Assembly (NCBI GenBank): GCA_964401135.1
Contig: CAYNXC010000002.1
Span: 16,457 to 80,456 of the forward strand
Reading direction: 5' to 3'
DNA length: 64,000 bases
Source: an uncultured Candidatus Saccharibacteria bacterium
Lineage (GTDB): Bacteria; Patescibacteriota; Minisyncoccia; Phycocordibacterales; UBA9988
This document shows, one piece after another, positions 52,200-64,000 of this stretch. The notes under the pieces are model-generated. The model did not search any database. It saw nothing but the letters and a program-made list of their open reading frames with translations, and was not told the origin of the DNA. Numbering within the stretch: position 1 is the stretch's first letter; each line of letters opens with the position of its first letter. Position numbers and translations under genes: made by a program.

Positions 52200-53189
52200 A
52201 TGGCAGATGCTCCCCCTCCGAGTCCGCAAAATATGGACGGGTTTTGGCTCATTGCAATTCTCTCTCTCGTCTTTTTTGTGTGGGTGTCACAAGGTGGACC
52301 AACGCAATTTGAAGCAGGGAAGAACGCGACCAGCACTTGGCGTAGAGCAACGACAAATACTTCTTCACGCACAACAAAAACACCATCAAATACGAGTAGC
52401 ACAAAAGGCAGTACTACGAGTATAAAAAATTCCCCATACGCAGGGAAAGTAAGGATTACGAGTAAGGGGAGCGCCGCATCAGCAATTCAAGTCAACCAAG
52501 AGTATATTACCCTTCAAAATACAACACGAGACGAGTATATTGCTATCTCGGGATGGAAGCTCGTTAACGGTCGTGACTCACGCTACTACTCGACCAGTAG
52601 CTCTACACAACTTATCTATTACAAACCAGACTCGGTGGTGATCCCCTCTGGTACGCGCTATTTGACAGGGAAGACAAAAAACACCCTCTCCCTCATTGTG
52701 CTTGCACCAAAAGATCGCGCCCATATTGTTACGGGGAAGATGCCCAACCAATCCCCCTACGCAATCCCCTCAAGTTTTAAGTTGAACAAATGTGTCGGGT
52801 ACATTGAGGCGCTCTCTCTGTATAAATTCACTCCAGCAGTGAGTCTGCAGTGCCCTGCCCCTTCAAAAGAGACAGATATCAATAATCTAGAACAATCGTG
52901 TTACGACTATGTCCGGAGACTCTCACGCTGTCACACTCCAGAATTCAGGGTGGTGGAGGGGATTGATTATGTTGACTCAACCACAGGCCTGTCAGAATAT
53001 TGCAAGCGCTATGTGAGGGAGCGATTTTCGTACGATGGCTGTCTGACGCGATATGCAAGTGATGAAGATTTCTTGAGCCCGATATGGTATGTGTACCTTA
53101 ACTATTCACACCAACTCTGGGATGTGAATCGCGATCGGATTTTGCTCTATGATGCACAGGGTAAGCTGATTGATGAGTTAAAGTACTAA
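52200..53189 (+). CDS. Membrane-anchored protein with a lamin-tail-like (LTD) domain.
   Basis: TM anchor, Ser/Thr-rich linker and EYITLQNTTRDEYIAISGWKLVNGRD (LTD-like). Confidence 0.45.
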   Translation: MADAPPPSPQNMDGFWLIAILSLVFFVWVSQGGPTQFEAGKNATSTWRRATTNTSSRTTKTPSNTSSTKGSTTSIKNSPYAGKVRITSKGSAASAIQVNQEYITLQNTTRDEYIAISGWKLVNGRDSRYYSTSSSTQLIYYKPDSVVIPSGTRYLTGKTKNTLSLIVLAPKDRAHIVTGKMPNQSPYAIPSSFKLNKCVGYIEALSLYKFTPAVSLQCPAPSKETDINNLEQSCYDYVRRLSRCHTPEFRVVEGIDYVDSTTGLSEYCKRYVRERFSYDGCLTRYASDEDFLSPIWYVYLNYSHQLWDVNRDRILLYDAQGKLIDELKY

Positions 53190-53193
53190 GGCT

Positions 53194-54489
53194 ATGAAAT
53201 ATATCTCGCTCATACTCTCCGGACTGGCACTTACAAGCGGTACAGCGGTCTTTGCAGCGACAAGTGCGATTACAACAATTGAGGTAACATCAGACGCGCA
53301 AACAGTTGCACCGAATGCTGTATCAGGAAAGATCACCGTCTCTCTCAAGAATGCAAGCGGGGAGTCAGAAAAGATAGATGAGTCATCAAATAAACTTTCT
53401 CTCATCAGCAGTTCAGCTACTGGTGAATTTTCTTCCAATGCGGATAATTGGGAAAAAATAAACGAGCTTACGGTGAATAAAAATACCGCAAGTCGCGGTT
53501 TTTATTATAAAGATGGTACTGAAGGACTTCATATACTTTCCTTTGTGCTTACTAGTGGAGAGACGGGAAAGAACTGGTCTACTACGCATAAGATTACTAT
53601 TGGGAGCGGGGGAACGGCGAGCTCAACAGGGGATGCGAGCACGACAACAGCAACTACTGCCAGTACCACCGCTACTAACAATGTAAACTCTTCTTCTGCT
53701 GGTGGATCTAGTCTCTCCTCCCACGAGAGTTCAGCAAGAGTTACAAATATACTCCTCGCGCCTCCCTTCTCCATATCAGCTGGTCGTGAGCGTTTGGGAA
53801 ATACCGGTGCACCACTCCTCTTTCATGCAGTGAGTAACATTAAAGAAATTGGAGGAGTGAACTACCGTTGGTCCTTTGGAGATGGGAGTGGTGGCACTGG
53901 AGCACTGATTTCTCATCAGTATCAATTACCCGGTCTCTATACAGTCGTGCTCATGGGTACGCGCGGTACTGAAGAAGCAGTATCTCGGACCCGTGTTCGG
54001 ATTATTACTCCTGATCTACATATCATACGCACCATGCGATCGGCTGATGGCGCACTCTCTCTTGTGGTAAAGAATCGTAGTGACTATGAGTGCAACATTG
54101 GACGATTTGCCGTACGGGCAGGATCTAGTACTGAGACATTTGCTCCCGACACCATTATCCCGGCACAGAGCGAAGTCTCTCTTGTTACGGGCGTTCCTTA
54201 CCAGAGCGGAGTACCGGTATCTCTCGTTGCACCGAATAGAGCCATACTCACGACGGAGACCAGAACAGACTCATCGTTACAGAGACTCGCAATAGCACTG
54301 AGGAGTCTCCCCCGTCAAAACATCTCTCCTCACAATCCCTCTCTCCCTCCTCAGATTCTTGTTGGCAGTACTACTTCTGTTTTTCTTCGTGCATCAGGAG
54401 AGAGTCAGCGGGCCGGGCTTATAGTGGTGCCAAAGAGTAAAGAGCGTGGATTCTTAGAGAAGTTCTGGAAACGATTGTGGGATAGGTGA
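53194..54489 (+). CDS. Secreted PKD-domain protein.
   Basis: Signal peptide MKYISLILSGLALTSGTAVFA and a PKD-like VNYRWSFGDGSGGTGALISHQYQLPGLYTVVL. Confidence 0.55.
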   Translation: MKYISLILSGLALTSGTAVFAATSAITTIEVTSDAQTVAPNAVSGKITVSLKNASGESEKIDESSNKLSLISSSATGEFSSNADNWEKINELTVNKNTASRGFYYKDGTEGLHILSFVLTSGETGKNWSTTHKITIGSGGTASSTGDASTTTATTASTTATNNVNSSSAGGSSLSSHESSARVTNILLAPPFSISAGRERLGNTGAPLLFHAVSNIKEIGGVNYRWSFGDGSGGTGALISHQYQLPGLYTVVLMGTRGTEEAVSRTRVRIITPDLHIIRTMRSADGALSLVVKNRSDYECNIGRFAVRAGSSTETFAPDTIIPAQSEVSLVTGVPYQSGVPVSLVAPNRAILTTETRTDSSLQRLAIALRSLPRQNISPHNPSLPPQILVGSTTSVFLRASGESQRAGLIVVPKSKERGFLEKFWKRLWDR

Positions 54490-54735
54490 TATACTACAGG
54501 CACTATGCGTTATTTTAATGGGACTTTCTGGAAAATGTTTGCCGGATTTCTCTGTATTATTCTTCTCGGTGTTGTGGGGGTACTACTCTTGGGCTCTGCA
54601 TCCAAGGACGCCCCGCAAGAGGGCTTTACAACGAGTATTGGATAGGATATATTCTTTAGGAACCGGAGACAGTAGGCATTCAAGTCCTACCGAGGGGTCG
54701 AACGGTTTTTAGTAGCCGTTTTTTTGTTCAATAGT

Positions 54736-55230
54736 ATGGCAATTAGTAGAGAGAAAAAGAAAGAAATTCTTGGAAGATTACAACGAGTGATACGCGATTC
54801 AGCCTCTCTCGTCTTTGTGAACTTCCATGGCTTACACTCAAAAGACACAGCACTGTTACGGAAAGGACTCCGAGAGAAAGGTGTGTCGTATACAGTTGCG
54901 AAAAAGACACTGATAAAAAAAGCACTTGAAGATACTCGGGAAGCAGGTGCTCTCCCTGAACTCGGCGGTGAGGTAGGTATCGCCTACGGGGATGATGCTC
55001 TTGCACCTGCTCGAGAGATATGGCAGTTCTCAAAGACGCGCAAGGATGCACTCCGTATTCTTGGCGGCCTCTTCGAGGGTTCTTTTCGAGATGCGGGTAG
55101 TATGATAGAGATTGCGAGTATCCCTGGTAAGGAGATTCTGTACGGGAAGCTTGCCTTCTTAATCCAGTCGCCACTGACAAGATTAGTGGTAGCTCTTGAT
55201 CAGATTGCACAGAAAAAAGATAATAATTAA
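54736..55230 (+). CDS. rplJ: 50S ribosomal protein L10.
   Basis: [33 protein letters not shown] matches the L10 N-terminus and is followed by rplL. Confidence 0.9.
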   Translation: MAISREKKKEILGRLQRVIRDSASLVFVNFHGLHSKDTALLRKGLREKGVSYTVAKKTLIKKALEDTREAGALPELGGEVGIAYGDDALAPAREIWQFSKTRKDALRILGGLFEGSFRDAGSMIEIASIPGKEILYGKLAFLIQSPLTRLVVALDQIAQKKDNN

Positions 55231-55235
55231 TCACT

Positions 55236-55613
55236 ATGGCAGACGAAAAATTCAAGGATATCATTGAAAAGATAGAGTCACTCTCCGTACTTGACCTGCA
55301 TGAATTGGTCAAGGCGTTGGAGGAGAAGTTTGGTGTGTCAGCAGCTGCTGTCGCGGTAGCCGCACCAGGAGCAGGAGCCGCAGGAGCTGAGGCTGAGGCA
55401 AAGGACTCGTTCACTGTTGAGCTGACTTCAGCGGGTGATAACAAGATTGGGGTGATCAAGGCATTAAAAGAGGCTCTTGGTCTAGGACTGAAAGAGGCAA
55501 AGGATCTTGCAGAAGGTGCCCCTGCCGTCTTAAAGGAGGGAGTGAAGAAGGAGGATGCCGATGCGCTCAAGAAAGCTCTTGAAGATGCCGGCGGAAAGGT
55601 AACACTGAAATAG
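55236..55613 (+). CDS. rplL: 50S ribosomal protein L7/L12.
   Basis: N-terminal dimerisation helix, an Ala/Gly/Glu hinge and a C-terminal domain ([22 protein letters not shown]). Confidence 0.95.
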   Translation: MADEKFKDIIEKIESLSVLDLHELVKALEEKFGVSAAAVAVAAPGAGAAGAEAEAKDSFTVELTSAGDNKIGVIKALKEALGLGLKEAKDLAEGAPAVLKEGVKKEDADALKKALEDAGGKVTLK

Positions 55614-55630
55614 CCCATATACTATAATTT

Positions 55631-55675
55631 CCGAAGTCGGACTTCCGCCTCCGGGAGGTGGTCCGACTTTGTTCG
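55631..55675 (+). terminator. Rho-independent terminator after rplL.
   Basis: GAAGTCGGAC...GTCCGACTT stem with an inner CCGCCTCC/GGAGGTGG helix, followed by a T-rich run. Confidence 0.7.
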
Positions 55676-55708
55676 TATTCTTTGATTTTTTACTACCTCG
55701 GGTGTAGG

Positions 55709-56326
55709 ATGGCTCTAATGGAAATACTGCCAAAGCTCTTCGGCCCTGTCCGGCTTAAGGTGCTCCGATTCTTTCTCCAGCATCAAGATGGCCTCTATGA
55801 GGATAAAGATATTGCCAAGCGCCTCAAGGTCTCTGTTCCTGCTCTTCGAAAAGAGTTGAAGTTGCTTGAGAGTGTCGGTCTTATTAAGCACAAGTTAGCC
55901 CATGCCCCCGTCACTTCTACCCGTGGAGGGCGGCGCACTTTTAATGGATGGTTCCTCCAGCGCATTTCTGTTATCGGGCCACTGAAAAAATTCATATTCA
56001 ATTCCGTCCCGTTTAAGAATGATGAAGTGGTAAAGCGCCTACGAGGGGTTGGCAAGATTAAATTGTTAATCGTATCAGGCGTCTTTATTCAAGCAGACAT
56101 GACACCTGCTGATATTCTGATTGTGGGAGATAATTTACGACGGGGAGTAGCAGACGGCGCCCTTCGTACAATGGAAGCAGAAATTGGTCGGGAGCTCAAT
56201 TACGCATTATTTGAAACACACGATTTTCTCTACCGTCTTGAGGCCTACGATAAATTCATTCGAGAAATATTTGAAGGACCGCATATAAAGATCATTGATC
56301 GCCTGGGATTGAAAGAGCAAGAATAA
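55709..56326 (+). CDS. Hypothetical protein with an N-terminal winged-helix (ArsR/MarR-like) domain.
   Basis: LRFFLQHQDGLYEDKDIAKRLKVSVPALRKELKLLESVGLI is HTH-like. Start set at MALMEIL. Confidence 0.4.
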   Translation: MALMEILPKLFGPVRLKVLRFFLQHQDGLYEDKDIAKRLKVSVPALRKELKLLESVGLIKHKLAHAPVTSTRGGRRTFNGWFLQRISVIGPLKKFIFNSVPFKNDEVVKRLRGVGKIKLLIVSGVFIQADMTPADILIVGDNLRRGVADGALRTMEAEIGRELNYALFETHDFLYRLEAYDKFIREIFEGPHIKIIDRLGLKEQE

Positions 56327-56440
56327 GTAAACGGTTATCCACAACTATAGATACTAGGGAAGCACAACATCCGCGCTGGAGTGTTATCATAGAGGTTGGT
56401 CATCAAAAGCATTTTATCAGTAGTATAATTCTTTGTATCT

Positions 56441-57199
56441 ATGTACGATTCTATCACGGCAGCTGTCGCAACAACGGCACCTCAAGTGGTGGGTACGACC
56501 GGAGCTTTTTCAATTCTCTCTGACTCCGGGGCGGCACTCACCTCATCGTTTGAGAAAATCGCGGCTGGTATTTATATCTTCGCACCTCGTATCATTATCG
56601 CAATCCTTATCCTTGTTCTTGGATGGGTCATTGGTGCATTCTTGGAGCGAGCAGTGAGGGAAGTGCTACGCTCACTCAAGATGGATCGCGCTCTCGCTAA
56701 TGTGGGGGTTGACGAGCTCGTCTCTCACACCGGAATGCAGCTCAATAGCGGCTCTTTCATCGGTGGGCTCATCAAGTGGTTTATCATCGCGGTCTTTCTC
56801 GTTGCTGCGGTTAATGTGCTTGGCTTGGTTGATCTCAATGTCTTTTTGAATGTCATTGTGCTCTCCTTCCTTCCAAACATCATTGTCTCCGCGCTCGTCT
56901 TAATGGTTGCCGCGATACTCTCTGATGCAGTGCAGCGCCTTGTATACTTTTCTGCAAAGGGGACGGGAGTAAAGTCAGCACACCTCTTAGGGCTCATCGC
57001 AAAGTGGTCAATCTGGATCTTTGCTCTCTTGGTAGTGATGAATCAACTCAATATCGGAGCAGAGTTTGCTCAAATCCTCTTCACTGGGATCATCTTTATG
57101 GTAGCGCTCGCAGGAGGTCTTGCCTTTGGTCTTGGAGGACGGGATTGGGCAGCAGGCATCTTGGAGCGGGTTACTGATGATTTGGGTGGCAAAAAGTAG
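56441..57199 (+). CDS. Polytopic membrane protein with repeated conserved-TM-helix units (MscS-N-terminal-like).
   Basis: Six predicted TM helices in a repeating pattern. Confidence 0.5.
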   Translation: MYDSITAAVATTAPQVVGTTGAFSILSDSGAALTSSFEKIAAGIYIFAPRIIIAILILVLGWVIGAFLERAVREVLRSLKMDRALANVGVDELVSHTGMQLNSGSFIGGLIKWFIIAVFLVAAVNVLGLVDLNVFLNVIVLSFLPNIIVSALVLMVAAILSDAVQRLVYFSAKGTGVKSAHLLGLIAKWSIWIFALLVVMNQLNIGAEFAQILFTGIIFMVALAGGLAFGLGGRDWAAGILERVTDDLGGKK

Positions 57200-57206
57200 T
57201 ATTCTC

Positions 57207-57262
57207 TAGATGTAAGAATGGTGTCAATGAAGCCCTTTTTGGGCAGGTTGACACCATTTTTT
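57207..57262 (+). terminator. Rho-independent terminator.
   Basis: AATGGTGTCAA...TTGACACCATT stem followed by TTTTTTGTT. Confidence 0.7.
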
Positions 57263-57486
57263 GTTAGTATATAATGGCCTCAATGTCTATAGGGTATCAA
57301 CTAATGTTCAAACGGCGATGAGCTAGAGGGATATGTCTGGTGCTCGAGAGCCGCTTGAACGAAGCGGATTTTTTTACCCCAGCGACAGAAGACTTTCTTT
57401 GAAAACTGAATAGCAGGTAACATCTGTAAAGAGAATTAGAATTGTAAGAGAAAGATGATGTAAAGATTTCCTAATAGGAAATGGCG

Positions 57487-60468
<2,982 letters not shown>

Positions 60469-60530
60469 TCCTATTAGGAAACCTCTACATCATTTATCGT
60501 TCTCTTCACTCTGATCTTCTGTATTTTGTT

Positions 60531-60628
60531 CTGGTGGTTTGGTGGAGGGGTCACACCCGGCTCCATTCCGAACCCGGCAGTTAAGCCCTCTAGCGCCGAT
60601 GATACTCGTAAGGGGAAAGTAGGTGACC
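60531..60628 (+). rRNA. rrf: 5S ribosomal RNA.
   Basis: Helix I CTGGTGG/CCGCCAG, and CCATTCCGAACCCGGCAGTTAAGCCC conserved loop C/helix III sequence. Confidence 0.85.
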
Positions 60629-60668
60629 GCCAGAACAAAGTTCAGAAGATCTGCTATACTTATATAAT

Positions 60669-61436
60669 ATGGATCCATGGGCACGCAGGCGACAGACCAT
60701 AGTCCTAGGTATAGTTACATTTGTTGCACTCGGTATTGCCGTTGGTGCGTATTTTTTGTACCGCCCAGCTCCCTCGTGTAGTGATGGCATACAGAATCAG
60801 GGTGAGCTTGGCAGAGACTGTGGTGGTCCCTGTGCTCCTGTGTGCCAAGGAGAGGCGCGCCCTTTGGTTGTTGAATGGGTGAGAGTTTTCCCCGTAAGCA
60901 GTGGTCTCTATGATATAGTTGCACGGGTGAGTAATCCAAACGAGGCGATTGGCACACCTACATTCTCATACACATTTGAGCTATTTGATAGTGAAAATCT
61001 TTCTATTACCAGAAAAATGGGTACGACATTCGTCAATCCAAACGAGTCGTTCTATATCTTTGAGAGTCTTATCTCTGCGGGGGCTCGCATCCCCGCGCGG
61101 GCAGTGCTCACCATCGATACTACACACGCATGGTCTCGCTATACCGATACCGTCCCCAAGCTCTCTATTGTAAATAAGCAGTATGTAGATGTTCCTGCGC
61201 CACTTGCATCCGCAACGCTCATCAATAATACGCTCAAGACATTGACCAATATCCGCGCGCTAGTAGTCCTATTTAACGAGGATGGGATTGCCTACGGTGC
61301 CAGTGCTACGATGGTGAAGACTTTAGCAAAAGATGCACAAGAACCTCTCTCGTTCACCTGGCCATCCTCTTTCGGCATCGATCCTGCACGAGTAGATATG
61401 CAGTCTCGTGTTTCTGTCTGGGGTGATCTGCTGTAG
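60669..61436 (+). CDS. Hypothetical membrane-anchored extracytoplasmic protein, translationally coupled to the SEDS gene.
   Basis: N-terminal TM (IVLGIVTFVALGIAVGAYFL) and a Cys-rich segment. The stop lies 3 nt before the ftsW/rodA start. Confidence 0.45.
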   Translation: MDPWARRRQTIVLGIVTFVALGIAVGAYFLYRPAPSCSDGIQNQGELGRDCGGPCAPVCQGEARPLVVEWVRVFPVSSGLYDIVARVSNPNEAIGTPTFSYTFELFDSENLSITRKMGTTFVNPNESFYIFESLISAGARIPARAVLTIDTTHAWSRYTDTVPKLSIVNKQYVDVPAPLASATLINNTLKTLTNIRALVVLFNEDGIAYGASATMVKTLAKDAQEPLSFTWPSSFGIDPARVDMQSRVSVWGDLL

Positions 61437-61438
61437 TT

Positions 61439-62575
61439 GTGACGACTCTGACACAATTTTTTGGGCGCGTACGCATTGATTGGGTCCTCTTCTGCGCCGT
61501 GCTCCCGCTCCTTGCCGCTGGGCTGGTAACAATGGAGTCGTTTGAGAGTGGAGCGGATTACTTTTTTGTGCGGCAATTAGTGTGGGTACTCATTTCAGTC
61601 GCAACATTCCTTTTCGTGAGTGCGGTAGACTGGCGTTTTTTGAAGCGCAGCGGCGTGTTGACAGGACTATTTATTGCGATGGCGCTTGTGCTCCTTGCCC
61701 TTTTTGGCCTGGCGCACACGGTGCGTGGCGTGCAGAGTTGGCTCATCTTTGGCGGGGTCTCTTTTCAACCGGCTGATTTTGCGAAGCTTATCTTAATTAT
61801 CCTTCTCGCAAAATATTTTTCTCGTCGACATATTGAGATCGCCAATGTCCGCCATATCCTAGTCTCTGGTGTGTACGCATTTATCTTTTTTATACTCGTC
61901 TTTCTTCAGCCAGATTTTGGCTCTGCGATGATTATTTTTGCCATCTGGTTGGGTATGGTACTGGTGTCGGGGATTAGTAAACGGCACTTACTTATTGTGT
62001 TTCTGATTGGAGTGGCGACATTTCTCTTCGCGTGGACGAGCGTTTTGGAGGATTATCAAAAGGCGCGTATAGAAACTTTCTTAGACCCACTCTCCGATAT
62101 CCGCGGCTCCGGCTACAATGTGTACCAGAGTATGATTGCCGTTGGGTCGGGTCAGCTGGTGGGAAAGGGAGTTGGACTGGGAACACAATCTCGACTCAAG
62201 TTCTTGCCAGAGTACCAGACTGATTTTATTTTTGCAGCCTTTGCCGAGGAGTGGGGCTTTGTAGGGGTAATTATCCTTTTCTTACTCTACGGTATTGCCT
62301 TCTGGAGAATTATTGTGACTGCGCGACAGGGAGCGACTAATTTTGAGTCGTTCTATGGACTGGGTATCGCCATAATGTTTTTGAGTCACTTTGTGATCCA
62401 TGTGGGGATGAACATAGGACTCCTGCCTGTCACGGGCTTGCCGCTCCCCTTTATGAGCTACGGCGGGTCACACCTTCTGATGGAGTTTGTTGCTCTTGGT
62501 ATCCTTATGAGTCAGCGCCGCTACACGCGTGCCTTTCACCGCGACGACATGCAGAATGAGTTTGTGGGGGTATAA
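61439..62575 (+). CDS. ftsW: SEDS-family peptidoglycan glycosyltransferase (FtsW/RodA).
   Basis: 10-TM profile with the conserved C-terminal block NIGLLPVTGLPLPFMSYGGSHLLMEF. Confidence 0.9.
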   Translation: MTTLTQFFGRVRIDWVLFCAVLPLLAAGLVTMESFESGADYFFVRQLVWVLISVATFLFVSAVDWRFLKRSGVLTGLFIAMALVLLALFGLAHTVRGVQSWLIFGGVSFQPADFAKLILIILLAKYFSRRHIEIANVRHILVSGVYAFIFFILVFLQPDFGSAMIIFAIWLGMVLVSGISKRHLLIVFLIGVATFLFAWTSVLEDYQKARIETFLDPLSDIRGSGYNVYQSMIAVGSGQLVGKGVGLGTQSRLKFLPEYQTDFIFAAFAEEWGFVGVIILFLLYGIAFWRIIVTARQGATNFESFYGLGIAIMFLSHFVIHVGMNIGLLPVTGLPLPFMSYGGSHLLMEFVALGILMSQRRYTRAFHRDDMQNEFVGV

Positions 62576-62594
62576 ATAAAATATGGCTTAACTA

Positions 62595-63298
62595 TGGAGG
62601 TGAGACTTCCATCAATCAATGGATAACTCGTTATGACTCGAGTCTTCGCGTTCTTGTGCAAGCCAATCGAGAGTCTCTTGATAAAATCGTTCAGGCGTCT
62701 CAAACCATTGAGAAAGAAAGGATGTATCAACAACTTTTATACGACCATTATCATATGCACCGTCCTTCTTAGATAAATAATCTTGGAAACTTGACCAAGG
62801 GTAGGTGATAATGGAAGTCTCACTTCCATCAAAAGGATTACTATGAATGTAATGAGGGAGCCAATTAAAGTGCTCGTCAGAGATCACTGGCTTAGACTTG
62901 AACCTCCCTTGGAAAAGTGCACCGACTCGACTGTATCTCAAGTTAAAATAATTAGTATAACCAGTGCCAAGTTTTCTCATAAACTTAGTAAGCCCATATT
63001 CAACTCGTTGCCGTATCATAAGGTGGTAATGATTTGGCATTAAGCAATAAGCCATCAGCTCAACTAGTTGCCCATCCAATTCATGGCTAAGTGATGGAAG
63101 TCTCACTTCCATCAGACGGTGTGCGTTTGGATCAGTTGCTTCGGTAGAGTTAAAAAGTATTAAGGATGCAATAAAACGAGATCGATCGGCATCATCTAAA
63201 AATATGTCTCTTTTTTCAACCCCTCTATTATAGATATGAAAAATTGTGTCTGTATCATCCATGCGTCTCTATTATTGATGGAAGTCTCACTTCCATCA
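62595..63298. repeat. Cluster of four REP-like 23-nt palindromes (TGATGGAAGT-CTC-ACTTCCATCA) around and inside the RAYT gene.
   Basis: Copies lie at 62595..62614 (inverted orientation, one G·U mismatch), 62809..62831, 63092..63114 and 63276..63298. Confidence 0.85.
62612..63262 (-). CDS. REP-associated tyrosine transposase (RAYT; IS200/IS605-like Y1 HuH), with two in-frame REP palindrome insertions.
   Basis: IFHIYNRG (beta1), LMPNHYHLMI (HuH), GTGYTNYFN (Tyr region) and ALFQGRFKSK (RAYT-specific) motifs. At 216 aa it is longer than typical RAYTs (150-170 aa). Confidence 0.8.
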   Translation of the reverse strand: MDDTDTIFHIYNRGVEKRDIFLDDADRSRFIASLILFNSTEATDPNAHRLMEVRLPSLSHELDGQLVELMAYCLMPNHYHLMIRQRVEYGLTKFMRKLGTGYTNYFNLRYSRVGALFQGRFKSKPVISDEHFNWLPHYIHSNPFDGSETSIITYPWSSFQDYLSKKDGAYDNGRIKVVDTSFLSQWFETPERFYQETLDWLAQEREDSSHNELSID

Positions 63299-63388
63299 GA
63301 GTGAGGTGAATAGGATAGATGATGCTGCCACACGCGGGCCTTCCACCGCGACGACATGCAGAATGAGTTTGTAGGGGTGTGATCAGGA

Positions 63389-63982
63389 TTACTTGCAGGG
63401 CATACCCCAGGTGACTGTTCTATCCTTAGCATTTGTGGATGAGTTATCTTCTGGATTATAATCATACTTCTTACCATCACAGAGAATCACCCCATCAGAC
63501 CCTTCAGACGGGTTTATCATCTTTTCTAGTTTAAATACAATCATATAACATGCGCCGTTTGGACAATAGTTACCCGATGAGTATTGTGAATAATATGCGT
63601 AGATAAAATTATTACCCGTATCATTAGTAGGAGGATTCTTACTAGAGACAGCTGTATTTATTGGATCAGTAGGAAGTTTCGGAAGATATTTTGACAAATT
63701 ACTCTGCAATGAGTCCCATTCTGCAGGCACATTGCTTTTCAGCCAGCCGCTGCTGATGGTAACATGTGGATAATGCCCATTATCAGCACGATATAATTCT
63801 AACGCATTCATTATCTGTCTCACCTCCTGAAGTCTTTTTGTATCCCTCGCCTTCTTTCTCGCATCATCCACACTCACCAATACAATAGACGAAAGTACCC
63901 CAATGATGCCAATCACGACCAAGAGTTCTATGAGGGTAAAACCCGTCTTACGGGACGGGCCCCATACATTTACATGCGCCAT
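63389..63982 (-). CDS. Type II secretion/type IV pilus major pseudopilin-like protein (GspG/PulG-type).
   Basis: RKTGFTLIELLVVIGIIGVLSSIVLVSVDDARKKARDTKRLQEVRQIMNALELYRADNGHYP matches the prepilin leader plus the conserved GspG alpha-helix. Confidence 0.75.
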   Translation of the reverse strand: MAHVNVWGPSRKTGFTLIELLVVIGIIGVLSSIVLVSVDDARKKARDTKRLQEVRQIMNALELYRADNGHYPHVTISSGWLKSNVPAEWDSLQSNLSKYLPKLPTDPINTAVSSKNPPTNDTGNNFIYAYYSQYSSGNYCPNGACYMIVFKLEKMINPSEGSDGVILCDGKKYDYNPEDNSSTNAKDRTVTWGMPCK

Positions 63983-64000
63983 ATGATGATGATAGAGAGA

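Noticed and set aside
62595-63298. Four near-identical 23-nt repeats that could be mistaken for a small CRISPR array.
   Set aside because: The units are perfect hairpin palindromes, two copies lie in inverted orientation, the spacing is irregular (about 212, 284 and 192 bp), there are no cas genes, and a RAYT gene is embedded. This is a REP/RAYT cassette.

Overview
This 64 kb window looks like a small-genome, CPR/Parcubacteria-like bacterium; that attribution is an inference from gene content and cannot be confirmed without a search. The evidence is a pilin-rich cell envelope, many large secreted repeat proteins, a 23S-5S rRNA unit with no upstream 16S, and use of the standard code (RF2 is present and TGA acts as a stop). 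The housekeeping backbone is: a partial prepilin peptidase and a run of four or five type IV pilin-like genes, ligA, gatC, gatA, five tRNAs, prfB, ftsE, ftsX, pyrG, nth, a UvrD-like helicase-nuclease fusion, an MFS transporter, RNase J, an ABC substrate-binding protein, secG, groES, groEL, lemA, a DUF2207 protein, htpX, efp, an ECF-like sigma factor, recA, ftsK, rplJ, rplL, 23S and 5S rRNA, and an FtsW/RodA SEDS protein. The accessory content falls into three layers. (1) An integrative island sits directly after tRNA-Ser(GGA), at about 32.6-35.6 kb and possibly extending to about 43.2 kb. It carries a DUF4238-family protein (HHYVPQ and SDHPV motifs), a large serine recombinase and an XRE repressor with palindromic operators. 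(2) A 2,975-bp IS1595-family composite element lies at 36522..39496, bounded by 27-bp terminal inverted repeats and a 6-bp TATTTA target duplication. Its cargo is a Dam-family N6-adenine methyltransferase, a short PD-(D/E)XK nuclease (a candidate mobile R-M module) and an unknown 177-aa protein. The element has split a surface-protein gene of about 1,175 codons (DUF2341/LamG, then FN3 x2, then PG-binding x2), and the in-frame precursor can be reconstructed exactly. The promoter-proximal region of that gene also contains a G10 homopolymer. (3) A REP-associated tyrosine transposase (RAYT) cassette lies at 62.6-63.3 kb. Four copies of a 23-nt palindromic REP (TGATGGAAGTCTCACTTCCATCA) are present, and two of them sit in-frame inside the transposase ORF. 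The cassette is flanked by a duplicated copy of the FtsW/RodA C-terminus that differs only by synonymous changes. Other points of note are two tandem paralogous genes for small basic proteins with a GRP motif, an N-terminally short prfB with no frameshift site, a membrane protein with an HEPN-like motif, and a structured GC-rich intergenic segment. No CRISPR array was found.
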